NCBI GenBank assembly: GCA_965112155.1
Contig: OZ218106.1
Reading direction: 5' to 3' (one strand)
DNA from: Podarcis liolepis
Taxonomy: Eukaryota
DNA: 64,000 nt
Under the pieces are notes generated by a model. It saw only the letters and a program-made list of their open reading frames with translations, ran no database searches and was not told where the DNA came from. Positions 25,515 through 36,687 of this stretch are shown one piece after another (position 1 is the first letter of the stretch; each line of letters starts with the position of its first letter). Made by a program: the position numbers and the translations under genes.

Positions 25515-26172
25515 CATGGGTAGGCAAACTAAGGCCCGGGGGCCAGATCCGGCCCAATCACCTTCTAAATCTGACCCGCGGACGGTCCGGGAATCAGCGT
25601 GTTTTTACATGAGTAGCATGTGTCCTTTTATTTAAAATGCATCTCTGGGTTATTTGTGGGGCCTGCCTGGTATTTTTACATGAGTAGAATGTGTGTTTTT
25701 ATTTAAAATGTATTTCTGGGTTATTTGTGGGGCATAGGAATTCGTTCATTTCCCCTCTTCAAAATATACAGTGGTGTCCCGCAAGACGAATGCCTCGCAA
25801 GACGGAAAACCCGCTAGACGAAAGGGTTTTCCGTTTTGGAGGTGCTTCGCAAAACGAATTTCCTATGGGCTTGCTTCGCAAGACGACAATGCCTTGCGAG
25901 TTCCTGCGGGTTCCCCCCCTTTTTCTAAGCTGCTAAGCCGCTTATCAGCTGATCCGATCAGCAGATAAGCCGCTAAAAGCCGCTAATAGCGCTAATAGTG
26001 CTAATCCGCTAATCCGTCAATGGGCTTGCTTCGCAAGACGAAAAAACCGCTAGACGAAGAGAATCACAGAACAGATTCTTTTCGTCTTGCGAGGCACCAC
26101 TGTAGTCCGGCTTCCTACAAGGTCTGAGGGACAGTGGACCGGCCCCCTGCTGAAAAAGTTTGCTGACCCTTG
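25515..26172. mobile_element. hAT-Charlie MITE family B (inverted relative to 18685), with a nested Tc1/mariner MITE
   Basis: CATGGGTAGGCAAACT ... AGTTTGCTGACCCTTG; TSD AGCTATAG/ACCTACAG (6/8). Confidence 0.88.
25769..26102. mobile_element. Tc1/mariner MITE family C (nested)
   Basis: TA|CAGTGGTGTCCCGCAAGACG ... CGTCTTGCGAGGCACCACTG|TA; reverse complement of 34944-35266. Confidence 0.9.
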
Positions 26173-27335
26173 ACCTACAGGGTTGTGTGGATAATTTCTG
26201 GTGGGGTAAAAGACACCGTTGTTTAGCAGCTTCTGTGGACCACATTGATGACCTTGGAAATGTTAATTGCAATCCGTTGTTCTTTGTTTTTCCTGAGTGG
26301 CCATGAAGCGCATCTTATGATCTTTTTAACACATTGGAAACTTAATGTCTCTCCCAAACCTCCCTATCCTATCTTTTCTCTTGTGCTCAGGGCCAGAACT
26401 CGAGAGAGTTTTCAACCTGGAGGTTGTCACTGCCAGTAAAAAAAATAGCTCTTTATGAACTAGGTGGTCTGGAAACCTTGTGGGAGGCAAATACACAGCA
26501 AATTACTGGCTTCATAAAAGCCCCAGTAACTTTTCATAAAAGCTCCAGTAACTTTCCGTACAAATCCAAACAAATAAAGCTCTATATGAGAATTATTTGC
26601 CAGTGAGCAATTCATACAGAAATAAAATACACAAATTTTAGGTTTTGTTTTGTTTTGGGGTGGTTTTTTGTTTTTTTGTTTACATTTACAGCCAGATTTA
26701 ATACATGCATTTTTCTGAATTGCCACTGTCCTCCTTCAGCAGAGCAGGATTTCCCCTTTCCCTTTTTGGAAGTCTTTGAAAGATTTCACATCTATATATA
26801 CTGTTTCTGATTGTTCTTTTTTTAGAGGTGCAGAAAAGCAGTGCCTCCAATACAAAGATCTTATGTTACATTAGCAAAAGTGTTTTCTGTTATATTATTT
26901 ATACACTTATAAATTCTTTAGGCACTGCAGCATTCTGTGTGGAATGGGCTGCAGGAAGGAAAATGGGATAAGGTGGCATCATGTTCAGGCCATAATAAGG
27001 AGGAGGAGACTATGAAAAGCATCTGGTAAAAAGTAGCACAAGGCATCATATGCTAATATTGGGTTGTATAGCAGACCCACTGAAATGAATGGGCATTGAA
27101 TTCAATGGATGTATCCGGAATGTAGAATTAGCCAGATACAACCCATTGGAGAACTCTTAATAGCCTCTTAATTTATTAGAATTCTTAATTAATAATTTTA
27201 AGGCTACATTTCCCCCCAACATCTTAGATCTAGCCATGAAACGCTACTAAATGAGTCCCACTTAAAGACAAGTTCCATTTGAGTTTGGAGCAGGCGATTC
27301 TCACAGGGTACATGCATTGTGGAATAATCCCAGCT

Positions 27336-27580
27336 AAGAAGAATTTGGATTTGATATCCCGCTTTATCACTACCCGAAGGAGTCTCAAAGCAGCTAACAT
27401 TCTCCTTTCCCTTCCTACCCCACAACAAACACTCTGTGAGGTGAGTGGGGCTGAGAGACTTCAGAGAAGTGTGACTAGCCCAAGGTCACCCAGCAGCTGC
27501 ATGTGGAGGAGCGGGGACGCGAACCCGGTTCCCCAGATTACGAGTCTACCGCTCTTAACCACTACATCACACTGGCTCTT
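27336..27580 (-). mobile_element. tRNA-derived CORE/MIR-type SINE (Squam3-like), near full length
   Basis: The minus strand begins AGAGCCAGTGTGATGTAGTGGTTAAGAG (A box) and includes GGTTCGCGTCCCC (B box), a CORE-like GGGTGACCTTGGGCTAGTCAC and a TTC tail. Confidence 0.8.
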
Positions 27581-29686
27581 GTTTTGTGTTTTACTGGAGG
27601 GTCTCCCTGGTTCACTGTATCCGAACCTGCAGCAGGGTTTTTGGATTTTTGTTGAAAAGTAAGGAAGAAATGGCTGAGTTTCTTCCTTGTATAGGACAGC
27701 AGTAGGCCTCTGTTTAAAGAACTCTCGCTAGAGCTATGCAGGCATGGCAGACTTTGCGACAAGCGATCTCAGCAGTATAGAAGATACCAATACTGTCACA
27801 GAGGTTTTGATATTTCAATTTTGTTACTGTTCAAACTGATTTTTTTGGGGGGGGGGATTTTATTTTCTTGTAAATTGCTTTGGGGGCACTTGTCAGGGCC
27901 AAAAGGTGATATAAAATGCTTTACCATGTAAAATAAAGATATAGAAACTATATTGGAGTAAATTTAAGCACAATCAAATGAGACTTACCGGTACTTCCTC
28001 CTAGTCAGCCTGCATAGGACCATACTGCTTGATTACTGATAGTAAATTGTCTCTATTCCAGCATGATTCTAACTCTGTGGTGGAATTTGGCAGTTCCCTT
28101 GCTATATTCGTGTGTGCTGTTTTCCATGTGTGCTGTTACTAATACGTGTAAGTTTTGGCTGCACTCAACCTCCTGTTTACTGTGCACTGTGTTTCCAATG
28201 CTGGGTTTTTCATCCATGTTCACACAGCAGCATGTTATCTAAAATGCATATGTATCCTGTACTTTGATACTACTGTTTGATGTGTGTTCTTCAAACCAGC
28301 TTCACACCCCCTTGGAGTCCTTAAGCTGTTCCTAATTTGTCTCTAGGCAAAGTGTGAACATCTTTTCATGGGGTAAATACATCCGCAACCCCTTCAATGT
28401 CCTTGGTGTGTACACAAACAGAAACTAATCTGCCACTAATGTAACTGTGCTGATGTGAACAGCTGGGGCTGAGGACTAAAAAACCCAGCTGTACTGTGTT
28501 CTAAGGTGGTAACATGAATACGCCCTTAGAATTAGGATGGTTGACTGTACACGTGCTGCTTTAGCTAACCTTGTAATAGATAGATAGTTGGCCTATAGTG
28601 TGTATTAAAATTATATGTTTTACAGCAAGGGTGAAAGTGCAAAAGGTGCCTATGGTTGCAACCTGCTCACTAAAAAGGATGTTGCTTAGGACACTTGGTA
28701 TTTCTCACGATTTTGGTTTAGAAGTCTATGCAGCTACTGAGCAAAGGTCACCAGTCCATTGTACCTATTGAATGCTTTTTGCAACTTGATGGCAATTTGT
28801 ACGGCTGGCCATCTCTGTGGTTATCTAGTTAACTGTATTATAGTTTGGGCCAGCTGAGAAACTAGAAACAGGTTTGATAAAAATAGGCAACTTCGTTTGG
28901 GAGTTTCAGTTATTATGAACAACAATTCATGTTTCACGTTTGTACCTGCTTGGCATTTATAGTTGGGAGTTGTATGAAAGGAAAAATCAATAAGATAATT
29001 TTAACAAAGTCCCTGCCCTGTTCATATGATATGTTGTTCTAAAAACACATAAGAGGCGAATGTCAATTTACAAATGGAAAGTGATTCAGTTATCAGGAGA
29101 AAATTATATTTTTGTGCTTCTGTGATGGAATTAATAACAATGAGGCAAAGAAAAATCAATAGACTATTCAGTTATATTTCACACTAAACAATTACATAAT
29201 CCTGGGGGGTATTTCTCATGTTTCTGATGTACATCTCATTTTTCCCAGGGCAAGCAGAAAATCAGTACCTCTAGGCTTGTATGAACCTGGTGAACTTCCA
29301 AGCTTTTTTTAATCAACTGACATACATAATACAAAATATTTTTAAGATCCCTTCTCTTTTGATAACAGGTAGCAATAGAGAGCAATTTTTTAAAAAATGA
29401 TAAAGTTAAAATGAGGTCAAGACAGCCATACAGAAATAGAGAAGTGCTAAGGGCTAATTTAAGATCTTCTGTGGGGTTAAAAAAGAAAACCACTAGGGAA
29501 AATGTGTATCTACATATGCATCTCCCATATAACATCTAGCTTGTGTAGATAGCCCAATGGGTGGGGCTCAAACAGCATCTTCCAACATGTAGGTCATGAG
29601 ACACAAGTGGGTTGTGAAGCCTGTGCAAATTGGTTGTGGGCTTTATAAGCAACCCCAAAGTAATTATTAATTGTAACCCTTAATGA

Positions 29687-30029
29687 GAGTCCCATGGACT
29701 GCAAGAAGATCCAACCTATCCATTCTGAAGGAAATCAGCCCTGAGTGCTCACTGGAAGGACAGATCGTGAAGCTGAGGCTCCAATACTTTGGCCACCTCA
29801 TGAGAAGAGAAGACTCCCTGGAAAAGACCCTGATGTTGGGAAAGATGGAGGGCACAAGGAGAAGGGGATGACAGAGGACGAGATGGCTGGACAGTGTTCT
29901 CAAAGCTACAAACATGAGTTTGACCAAACTGCAGGAGGCAGTAGAAGACAGGAGTGCCTGGCGTGCTCTGGTCCATGGGGTCATGAAGAGTCGGACACGG
30001 CTAAATGACTAAACAACAACAACAACAAT
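29687..30029 (+). mobile_element. RTE-BovB LINE 3' fragment
   Basis: RVPWTARRSNLSILKEISPECSLEGQIVKLRLQYFGHLMRREDSLEKTLMLGK; (CAA)n tail; 9-bp TSD CCTTAATGA (29678-29686, 30030-30038). Confidence 0.93.
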
Positions 30030-30224
30030 CCTTAATGATGAATACCTCTTACACCTTTTTGTTTTGTTGTCTTATTATAATGCCATGTTGATATTTGTAA
30101 CCAAACACCAGGAAGGCTGAATCTTGGGAACTCCTCTCTGGGGCAGATCCAGTGATGGTTCGCCCCAAGCTGCTCATAGAGGCAGTTGTTTCAGTGACTA
30201 TTTCAGCTCAGCTCCAATACACAG

Positions 30225-31550
30225 GAGCTGCCTTTGATTGGGCTAGATGAAGTACTTCATGAAGTATTTACCAATGCCGTGAAAATTGTAAACTTTCTCA
30301 ACACCAGTTCGCTCAGTGCATGTGTGTCTGAAATCTTATGTTTGGAGATGGATTCTGAACATGTACGCTTACAACTTCACACAGTTGTTTGTTGGCTGTC
30401 AAGGGGCCGTGTGCTGCAGAGACTCTTTGAGTTACACAAGTACATGTGTTTCTTTTGATCAAGAAGTCCTGACTTGCAAATAATTTAGCCAAGACAATTG
30501 GCTAGCAAAGTTAGCATACCACACTGACATGTTTTGTAATCTGAATGACTTGAACTTAAGCCTACAAGGTTGAAACAAAAAGATCTTTGTACATGCCACA
30601 ACTTTCATGAGAAAAATTGAGTTCTGGGCAGTTTGGGTTTGGCAGAGGACAATGGATTCTTTTACATGCTTGATAGAATTTCTTGTTTCACTTGACGATA
30701 AAGAAAGTGAGATTAAAACTAACATTAAGCAAACAATTACGAGCCATTTGAATTTGCCGCATGGAAAATTTATCAGCTGAAGAAACGGGAGTACGTGCAA
30801 AGCACACTTGCAACTGATGCTGCAAAATTGTCTTTGTGAAAAAAGAACTACAGATTGGAACTGTCTTGTGATAGGGTCTTCACAGATAATATTTTGGAAG
30901 TGAGGTTATCTGAATGCTAGATTGATGTTACCATTGAGTATCTTGAGCCTGGTGATGAAGCAGTATCTGTGCTGCTGTCATTTGGTAATACCGTATATTC
31001 CCGTCTATAGGACGCCCCCGTGTATAAGACACCACCCCCTATTTTAGGGGACTCAATTTTAGGAAAATGAGGGGAGATGGCCCAAAGTTGTTGAGCCTCT
31101 CCCCCCACACAGCTGGGGGCAGGAAACACTTCCTAGATTGTTTCCCGCGTGCAGCAGCATTGGGGGAATTTGTGTTCCTGCCAGCTATTATGTTCCGATG
31201 CCACCGCACGCAGGAAACAACCCAGGGAGCGCCCGCCACACGCAGCGGCATTGGGGGAAGTTGCACTTCCACCAATGAGCTGGCTGGTGGTGTACCGCTT
31301 CTCTCCCCCCACCCATACCACTATCCATGTATTGGATGACCCCAGTTTTTTGATGTAAATTTTGAGTAAAAAAACCTTGTCCAATACACAGAAAAATATG
31401 GTATATATCTTTGTGAGACAGGTTTTTCATCAGTGGGTGCTATAAATATGAAATACAGAAGCAGGGCGTGTACCACTAATGATCTGAGACAGTTTGACAA
31501 CCATCAAACCCCATACTGACCTTAAAAATGCAGGCCTAGCCATCCTACTT
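30225..31550 (+). pseudogene. Decayed hAT (Buster/Charlie-type) transposase, C-terminal half
   Basis: AVKIVNF...LCLEMDSEH..LQLHTVVCWLSRGRVLQRLFEL; WLAKLAY..DMF..LNDLNLSLQG; SFGNIYLCETGFSS...KYRSR. Contains stops and frameshifts and is split by a MITE. Confidence 0.88.
30991..31401. mobile_element. Tc1/mariner (pogo/Tc2-like) non-autonomous element inserted in the transposase fossil
   Basis: TA|CCGTATATTCCCGTCTATAGGACG ... GAAAAATATGG|TA, with a GC-rich interior. Confidence 0.85.
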
Positions 31551-33696
31551 ATAGTTGCCAAAATAGACTTCATAGTTAATAAAGTTTTTCTCTCTTTCAT
31601 TGTTTGTTGTATCTAACACTGCTTTTGTAACCTTACATTTTAAGGATAATTTTTATAGCTTATGAAGTGATATCCTTCAGTCAAATGGTTGATGTACTTA
31701 CATTCTCATAAACGAAACTGTGAATAGCTTTGTAAGTGCTATAAGTATTTCAACAAATTCCACTGCCTTTCTGCAGATCCCTCTGCTATCTCAGGAAGCA
31801 AGTGGTGTCCAAGGATGAGTTTTTTCTGTCATATTTCATCTCTGGAACACTCTCACTGTAAGGGTTGCTAAGAGGCAACTGTGTTCTCCTTTCAGTGCTT
31901 AAGTGAATACATTTTTAGCGTTTCTGCTCATTTTTATCTGCTTCTGCTAGTTTTTATCAGCTTCTGTTGCTCATCTTTGTGCTTTATTTTATACATGTTT
32001 ATCAACACTTGATTATTTTATGATCATAAATTTCTCTCTGTGTGGAAATCTCTAGTAAAAGGTGAAAGATTAATGCAAAGTGAACAGAAACCAGAGTACA
32101 GCTTATTAAATTTTAGGTTACTGCTTTTATTGGTGAAATTCACCTATAACATATAGAAAGAAAATCTGCCTCAATTATCATTGGGGGTGGGGGTGGGTAA
32201 GAATAGGAAATGAAGAATCCCCAAGGCTCACAGCTGCAGTTCTCAAAAAAGGATGTCTGTCAAGAATTTAGTATAAAGTACTCTTTTTGTCTCATATATC
32301 CTTTAAATCTCAGATTAATGGCGTTAAAGCATCTAACTTCAGACTGAATGTCATGTCCTTGCATAGTATTCTATGTTACAAAGCAGATTAGAAAACCCAG
32401 TGCTCAGTGAACAAAGGGCAGCCACCTATGTGACAATGAGCTCACTTTAATGAGGAATGCAGAAACATTTGCTTAAAAGGAAAAATATATTAAAATCAGA
32501 TTTTAACAAATCTTCTTCCCTTAATGAATGTGTAAGTTATCCTCCCATATCAAATCTGATTTGCTCATCTGTGGGCCAGGCTGGTAGTTAATTAATAATT
32601 GTACTTCTTGGTACCACATTATTATTTTAATTTTATTCCGGCGCATAAGGAGGGGAGGTTTAACCTTACCCTTCTGTCTCTAGCAACAAGCCTGATGAAA
32701 ATCTGCCCTCTAATGTACTGAAATTAGCATGTGGGGACAATCTCCCATTGATGTAAAGGGGAGCCCTTTCTTTGCTAATGTTATATAATGCCTTGATGTC
32801 AGACAGGGGCTTTATGTACATTTGTAGATTTACAGGTGATACATTAACCGTCTTATAGAAACACACGCTATTAATAAATGAAAACAGGAAATACTTTTAG
32901 ACATAGTAGCTATTGGCTTCACAGTCAACTTGGTTGATTTATCCAAGTTAGGGGTTTGTTGTTGCTTTTTACTGAAATTGTATAAAATGCCTGCAACTTG
33001 AATGAACGCTTAAGTACGAAGCATCTGCTATGTCTGTTACCTAGTTCTAGCAGCTGTTTCACGTAGGTGGCAACTTAAACACAATGGTTTATTTCTGCTG
33101 CGGCTTTTGTTCATTCTTTTGCTCACAGCTTGTTAAAGCCATGAAATGGGTTTTTGTTTTGCTTTGTTTGTTTCTGTGTGCAAGGAGCAATCATAAACCG
33201 GTGAAACTTTTCTGCCTATATCTTTGCCCAGAGATCACCTAGTAAGGTTACCAGCTCACCGGTAACAATCGTACATTGAATTCTGGTGATTAACAGAATT
33301 AGGAACTTCCATTTGGTTAAATGGGTGTTGGATTTTACCCCAAGGTAGCCAAACACTGTTAGATCTTTTCCTGCCCCTTCTACATTGGGGATTGATTTGA
33401 TTTTATACCCTGCTCTCCCTTCCAAAGGATCCCAGGAAGGAAGGATCTCTCCTCTTATTGACAAGAAGTTATGGGGGGGGGGGGAAGCAGAATCCCATGG
33501 TTAAGGCATCTCTTCCCTGAACACTGATTTATAAAGATTATTGCCTTTCCTAGAGCAATACATTAGTCAAGGAAGCCACACTGGAATGGCTACTATTGCT
33601 CATAGTTTTGGAAAACACCACAGTGTTAAAGCAGGGAGAGCATAGATTATGTATTGGTATGAATGTGGTGCTGAATGGGACAGTGTTTCCAGCTTA

Positions 33697-33961
33697 CCGT
33701 ATTTTTCACTCCGTAAGACGCACCAGACCATAAGACGCACCTAGTTTTTGGAGGAGGAAAACAAGAAAAAAACATATTCTGAATCTCAGAAGCCAGAACA
33801 ATGAGAGGAAAATACCGCTGCGCAGCGAAAGCAGTGATCCCTCTTGCTGTTCTGACTTCTGGGATAGCTGCGCAGCCTGCATTCGCCCCATAAGATGCAC
33901 ACACATTTCCCCTTACTTTTTAGGAGGGAAAAAGTGAGTCTTTATAGAGCAAAAAATACGG
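33697..33961. mobile_element. Tc1/mariner MITE family D copy 1
   Basis: TA|CCGTATTTTT ... AAAAATACGG|TA; reverse complement of 63742-63999. Confidence 0.9.
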
Positions 33962-34943
33962 TATATTACCATGTCGGTGCTTGATGAGACTTTCAACGGG
34001 TTATACCAGGCACAATGTTGTTGTCTTTGACAGATGCAATTTGAGATCATGTGTGCCAGGTCATCAAGAACTAACTTTGCAACTTTGGGCTACTCCAAAA
34101 TGATGAGGAAAAATACTTACTATTTGCCAATCATCTTGTTCAATGAAACATTCTGCTCCATTATATCAGGCAGGCAACAGAAAGAGAATGTTAGTTGAGT
34201 ACCCGGCTAGGTTGCATTGGGTTGAGTGAGGCCCTAGTTTGCACACCTGTCTTATTCATGGGCATCTGTGTTAGCTTTCCAGGTTCGTGGCAGTTTTAAA
34301 ATGCTCTTTCAAACAGAAGCATGTCAGTGAACCCTGTTGAAGGTGGTCCTTTAATGCAGCAGTTACCTTTTGGGAGACCTGAGCTTCCTCAGTTGTTGTA
34401 GAAGAGGAGCTATGTGTATCTTAAATATTGTATCCACTCAGAAACTGCTGAGGTAATATAATATGAGGTAGGTCAAAGTTTTATTTTTTTCCACAAATTA
34501 TGATTTTATCAGCATTTCCTAGACTAAATTGTGAACTTGACATGATCCAACATACACAAAAGGTGTTGGCAATTTCCCATAATTATAAAAATAATAATTA
34601 AAAAAGGCCATTTATTTTCAGAACAACTTCTGATATGTAACAACTCTGATGATGTCTGAATGTTTAAGTTAGCAATTATATGGTGCCAGGCATCTGCATT
34701 TTTCTTTCTTTAAAGGTGAACTGGATTTGAATAGTATGCATGGCTAAAAGCTAGATTTTGAGAATGGCAGTACTTTGTATCACAAAAATACTGAAGATCT
34801 GTGTTAATGGATTTTACCATGAATTGCTCTTTTGAAAGAAAGATTACTTATGAGGTGGTGAATCTTATAATTTTCTGAACTAAAGATAGCATGGATTCAA
34901 CTTCAGTTTATTATAAGCTGTATTAATAGCCTTTGCCAATATA

Positions 34944-35266
34944 CAGTTGTGCCTCGCAAGACGAAATTAATCTGTTCCGCGAGTCTCTTCGTCTAGCGGT
35001 TTTTTCGTCTTGCGAAGCAACCCTATTAGCGGCTTAGCGGATTAGCGCTATTAGCGGTTTAGCGGCTATTAAAGGCTTAGCGGATTAGCGGCTAAAAGGC
35101 TATTAGCGGCTTAGCGGCTTAGAAAAAAGGGGGGGAAGCGAAAAAAAATCGGAACACTTGCAAGCCCATAGGGAAAATCGTCTTGCGAAGCAGCTCAAAA
35201 ATGGAAAACCCTTTCGTCTAGCGGGTTTTCCATCTTGCGAGGCATTCGTCTTGCGGGGCACCACAG
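34944..35266. mobile_element. Tc1/mariner MITE family C copy 2, with internal TTAGCG(G) array
   Basis: TA|CAGTTGTGCCTCGCAAGACG ... CGTCTTGCGGGGCACCACAG|TA. Confidence 0.9.
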
Positions 35267-35555
35267 TACAGAGCTCAGCTTACTGAACACTGTCCTAGAA
35301 GACCTTTATTATGAAATTATAAATTTCCTGGCCTAAGTTAAACTTCCAAGCACTTATCTGTAGTTAGTAGATATGTAAGCATTTACAATTTTGGTGCAAA
35401 ATCCTATAATTATTTTGACTTCTAGGGCACTTCTCATCTCAGTGACTTCTCATCTTAATTATCGTCTGTTTACACTATGCCATTTTCCTATCAGAAAAGA
35501 CTATTCTACCTTAATACTGGCACAAGATTAGTCTTCCAGCTTCATTTAATGATCT

Positions 35556-35894
35556 CATACCCTTTAACATTTCTCCGCTGAAAATAGAGATGTCTCATTC
35601 CATACAGATAACTTTACTATATTTATACCCCACACATCTTACTGGGTTGCCCCAGCCACCCTGGGCAGCTTTTTATTATATATAAAAGCATAATAAAACA
35701 TTTAAAAAATCTTCCCTATACAGGATTGCCTTCAGACAGCTCAGGAGCCAAATAACTCCATACCCTCCAACATTTCTCCAATGTAAATAGGGACATCCTA
35801 AGGAAAAGTGGAACATTCCAGGATCAAATCAGAAACCGAGACCGCTTCTCTAAATTAGGGATGTCCCTGGAAAATAGGGACACTTGGAGGGTTT
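35556..35894. mobile_element. Composite hAT-like MITE (two left ends plus captured L2 3' end)
   Basis: CATACCCT..AACATTTCTCC at 35556 and 35759; right end TTGGAGGGT. Approximate TSD ATGATCT/ATGAACT. Shared with 1-278. Confidence 0.75.
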
Positions 35895-36505
35895 ATGAAC
35901 TCCTTGCTTTACTGTTCACCCTTTAGCATGTTAAACCTGTTATATGACTTCTTATGTTCAAGAAAGGCCTGAAAGACCATTCAGTTATTAATTAGACCTG
36001 CTATATAGAGGCTTCCAGTTACGCTATGCTCCTTCCTCCATACTTCTTCTTAAATAGTTTTCATAAATGAGGCCAAATTGCCCTTCAGCCTCTCATTCTG
36101 GCAAATGGCATTTCCATTTACAAAACCACAAGCTACAGCCTGCTCTATAAGAGGGAAGGGCAAAGAGAGACAAGCAAACCTGGCAACCCAGCCCCACTTT
36201 CTTCTTAACTCAATCACCACCATCTTGTGAATTTTTCCACTCTCCCCACCCTCACCCGGGCTGCCTTCCCTAACAGCCCTTTAAGCTGAGGAACTGAATC
36301 TGAATTGGAAAAAATAATAACGAGAGCTTTGTTTTAAGCTAGAATTTGGGTAAAGCCTTCAAGAGTGCCTGTCTGGTAGAGAGGGTTGGTTGTGGAATCA
36401 CAGTTAGAGGAGGCTCAGTGCACCACAGAGAGGGACAGAAAGTCTGAGGGGGAAACGAGGCGAAGGTGATATTGAACTTTATATTTAAAACAGAATAGCT
36501 GTTAC

Positions 36506-36687
36506 CAGTGCTTTTTTCCTGGAGGTACACAGGGGTACACATACCCCTAAGCATTCGTACTTTTGAATCTTTTATTTTTGTCCATTTACTGTATTTATTT
36601 TCCCCAATTTGAACTATAAAATGGTGATATTGTTGAGTCAAAATGAGAGAACCTGTAAACATTTTTTTTTTCAGAAAGAAAGCACTG
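36506..36687. mobile_element. hAT MITE
   Basis: CAGTGCTTTTTTC ... GAAAGAAAGCACTG; TSD GCTGTTAC/GCTGCTAT (6/8). Confidence 0.75.

Noticed and set aside
35026-35122. CRISPR-like or telomeric array
   Set aside because: The units are 7-10 nt with no unique spacers, are not TTAGGG, and sit inside a eukaryotic MITE.
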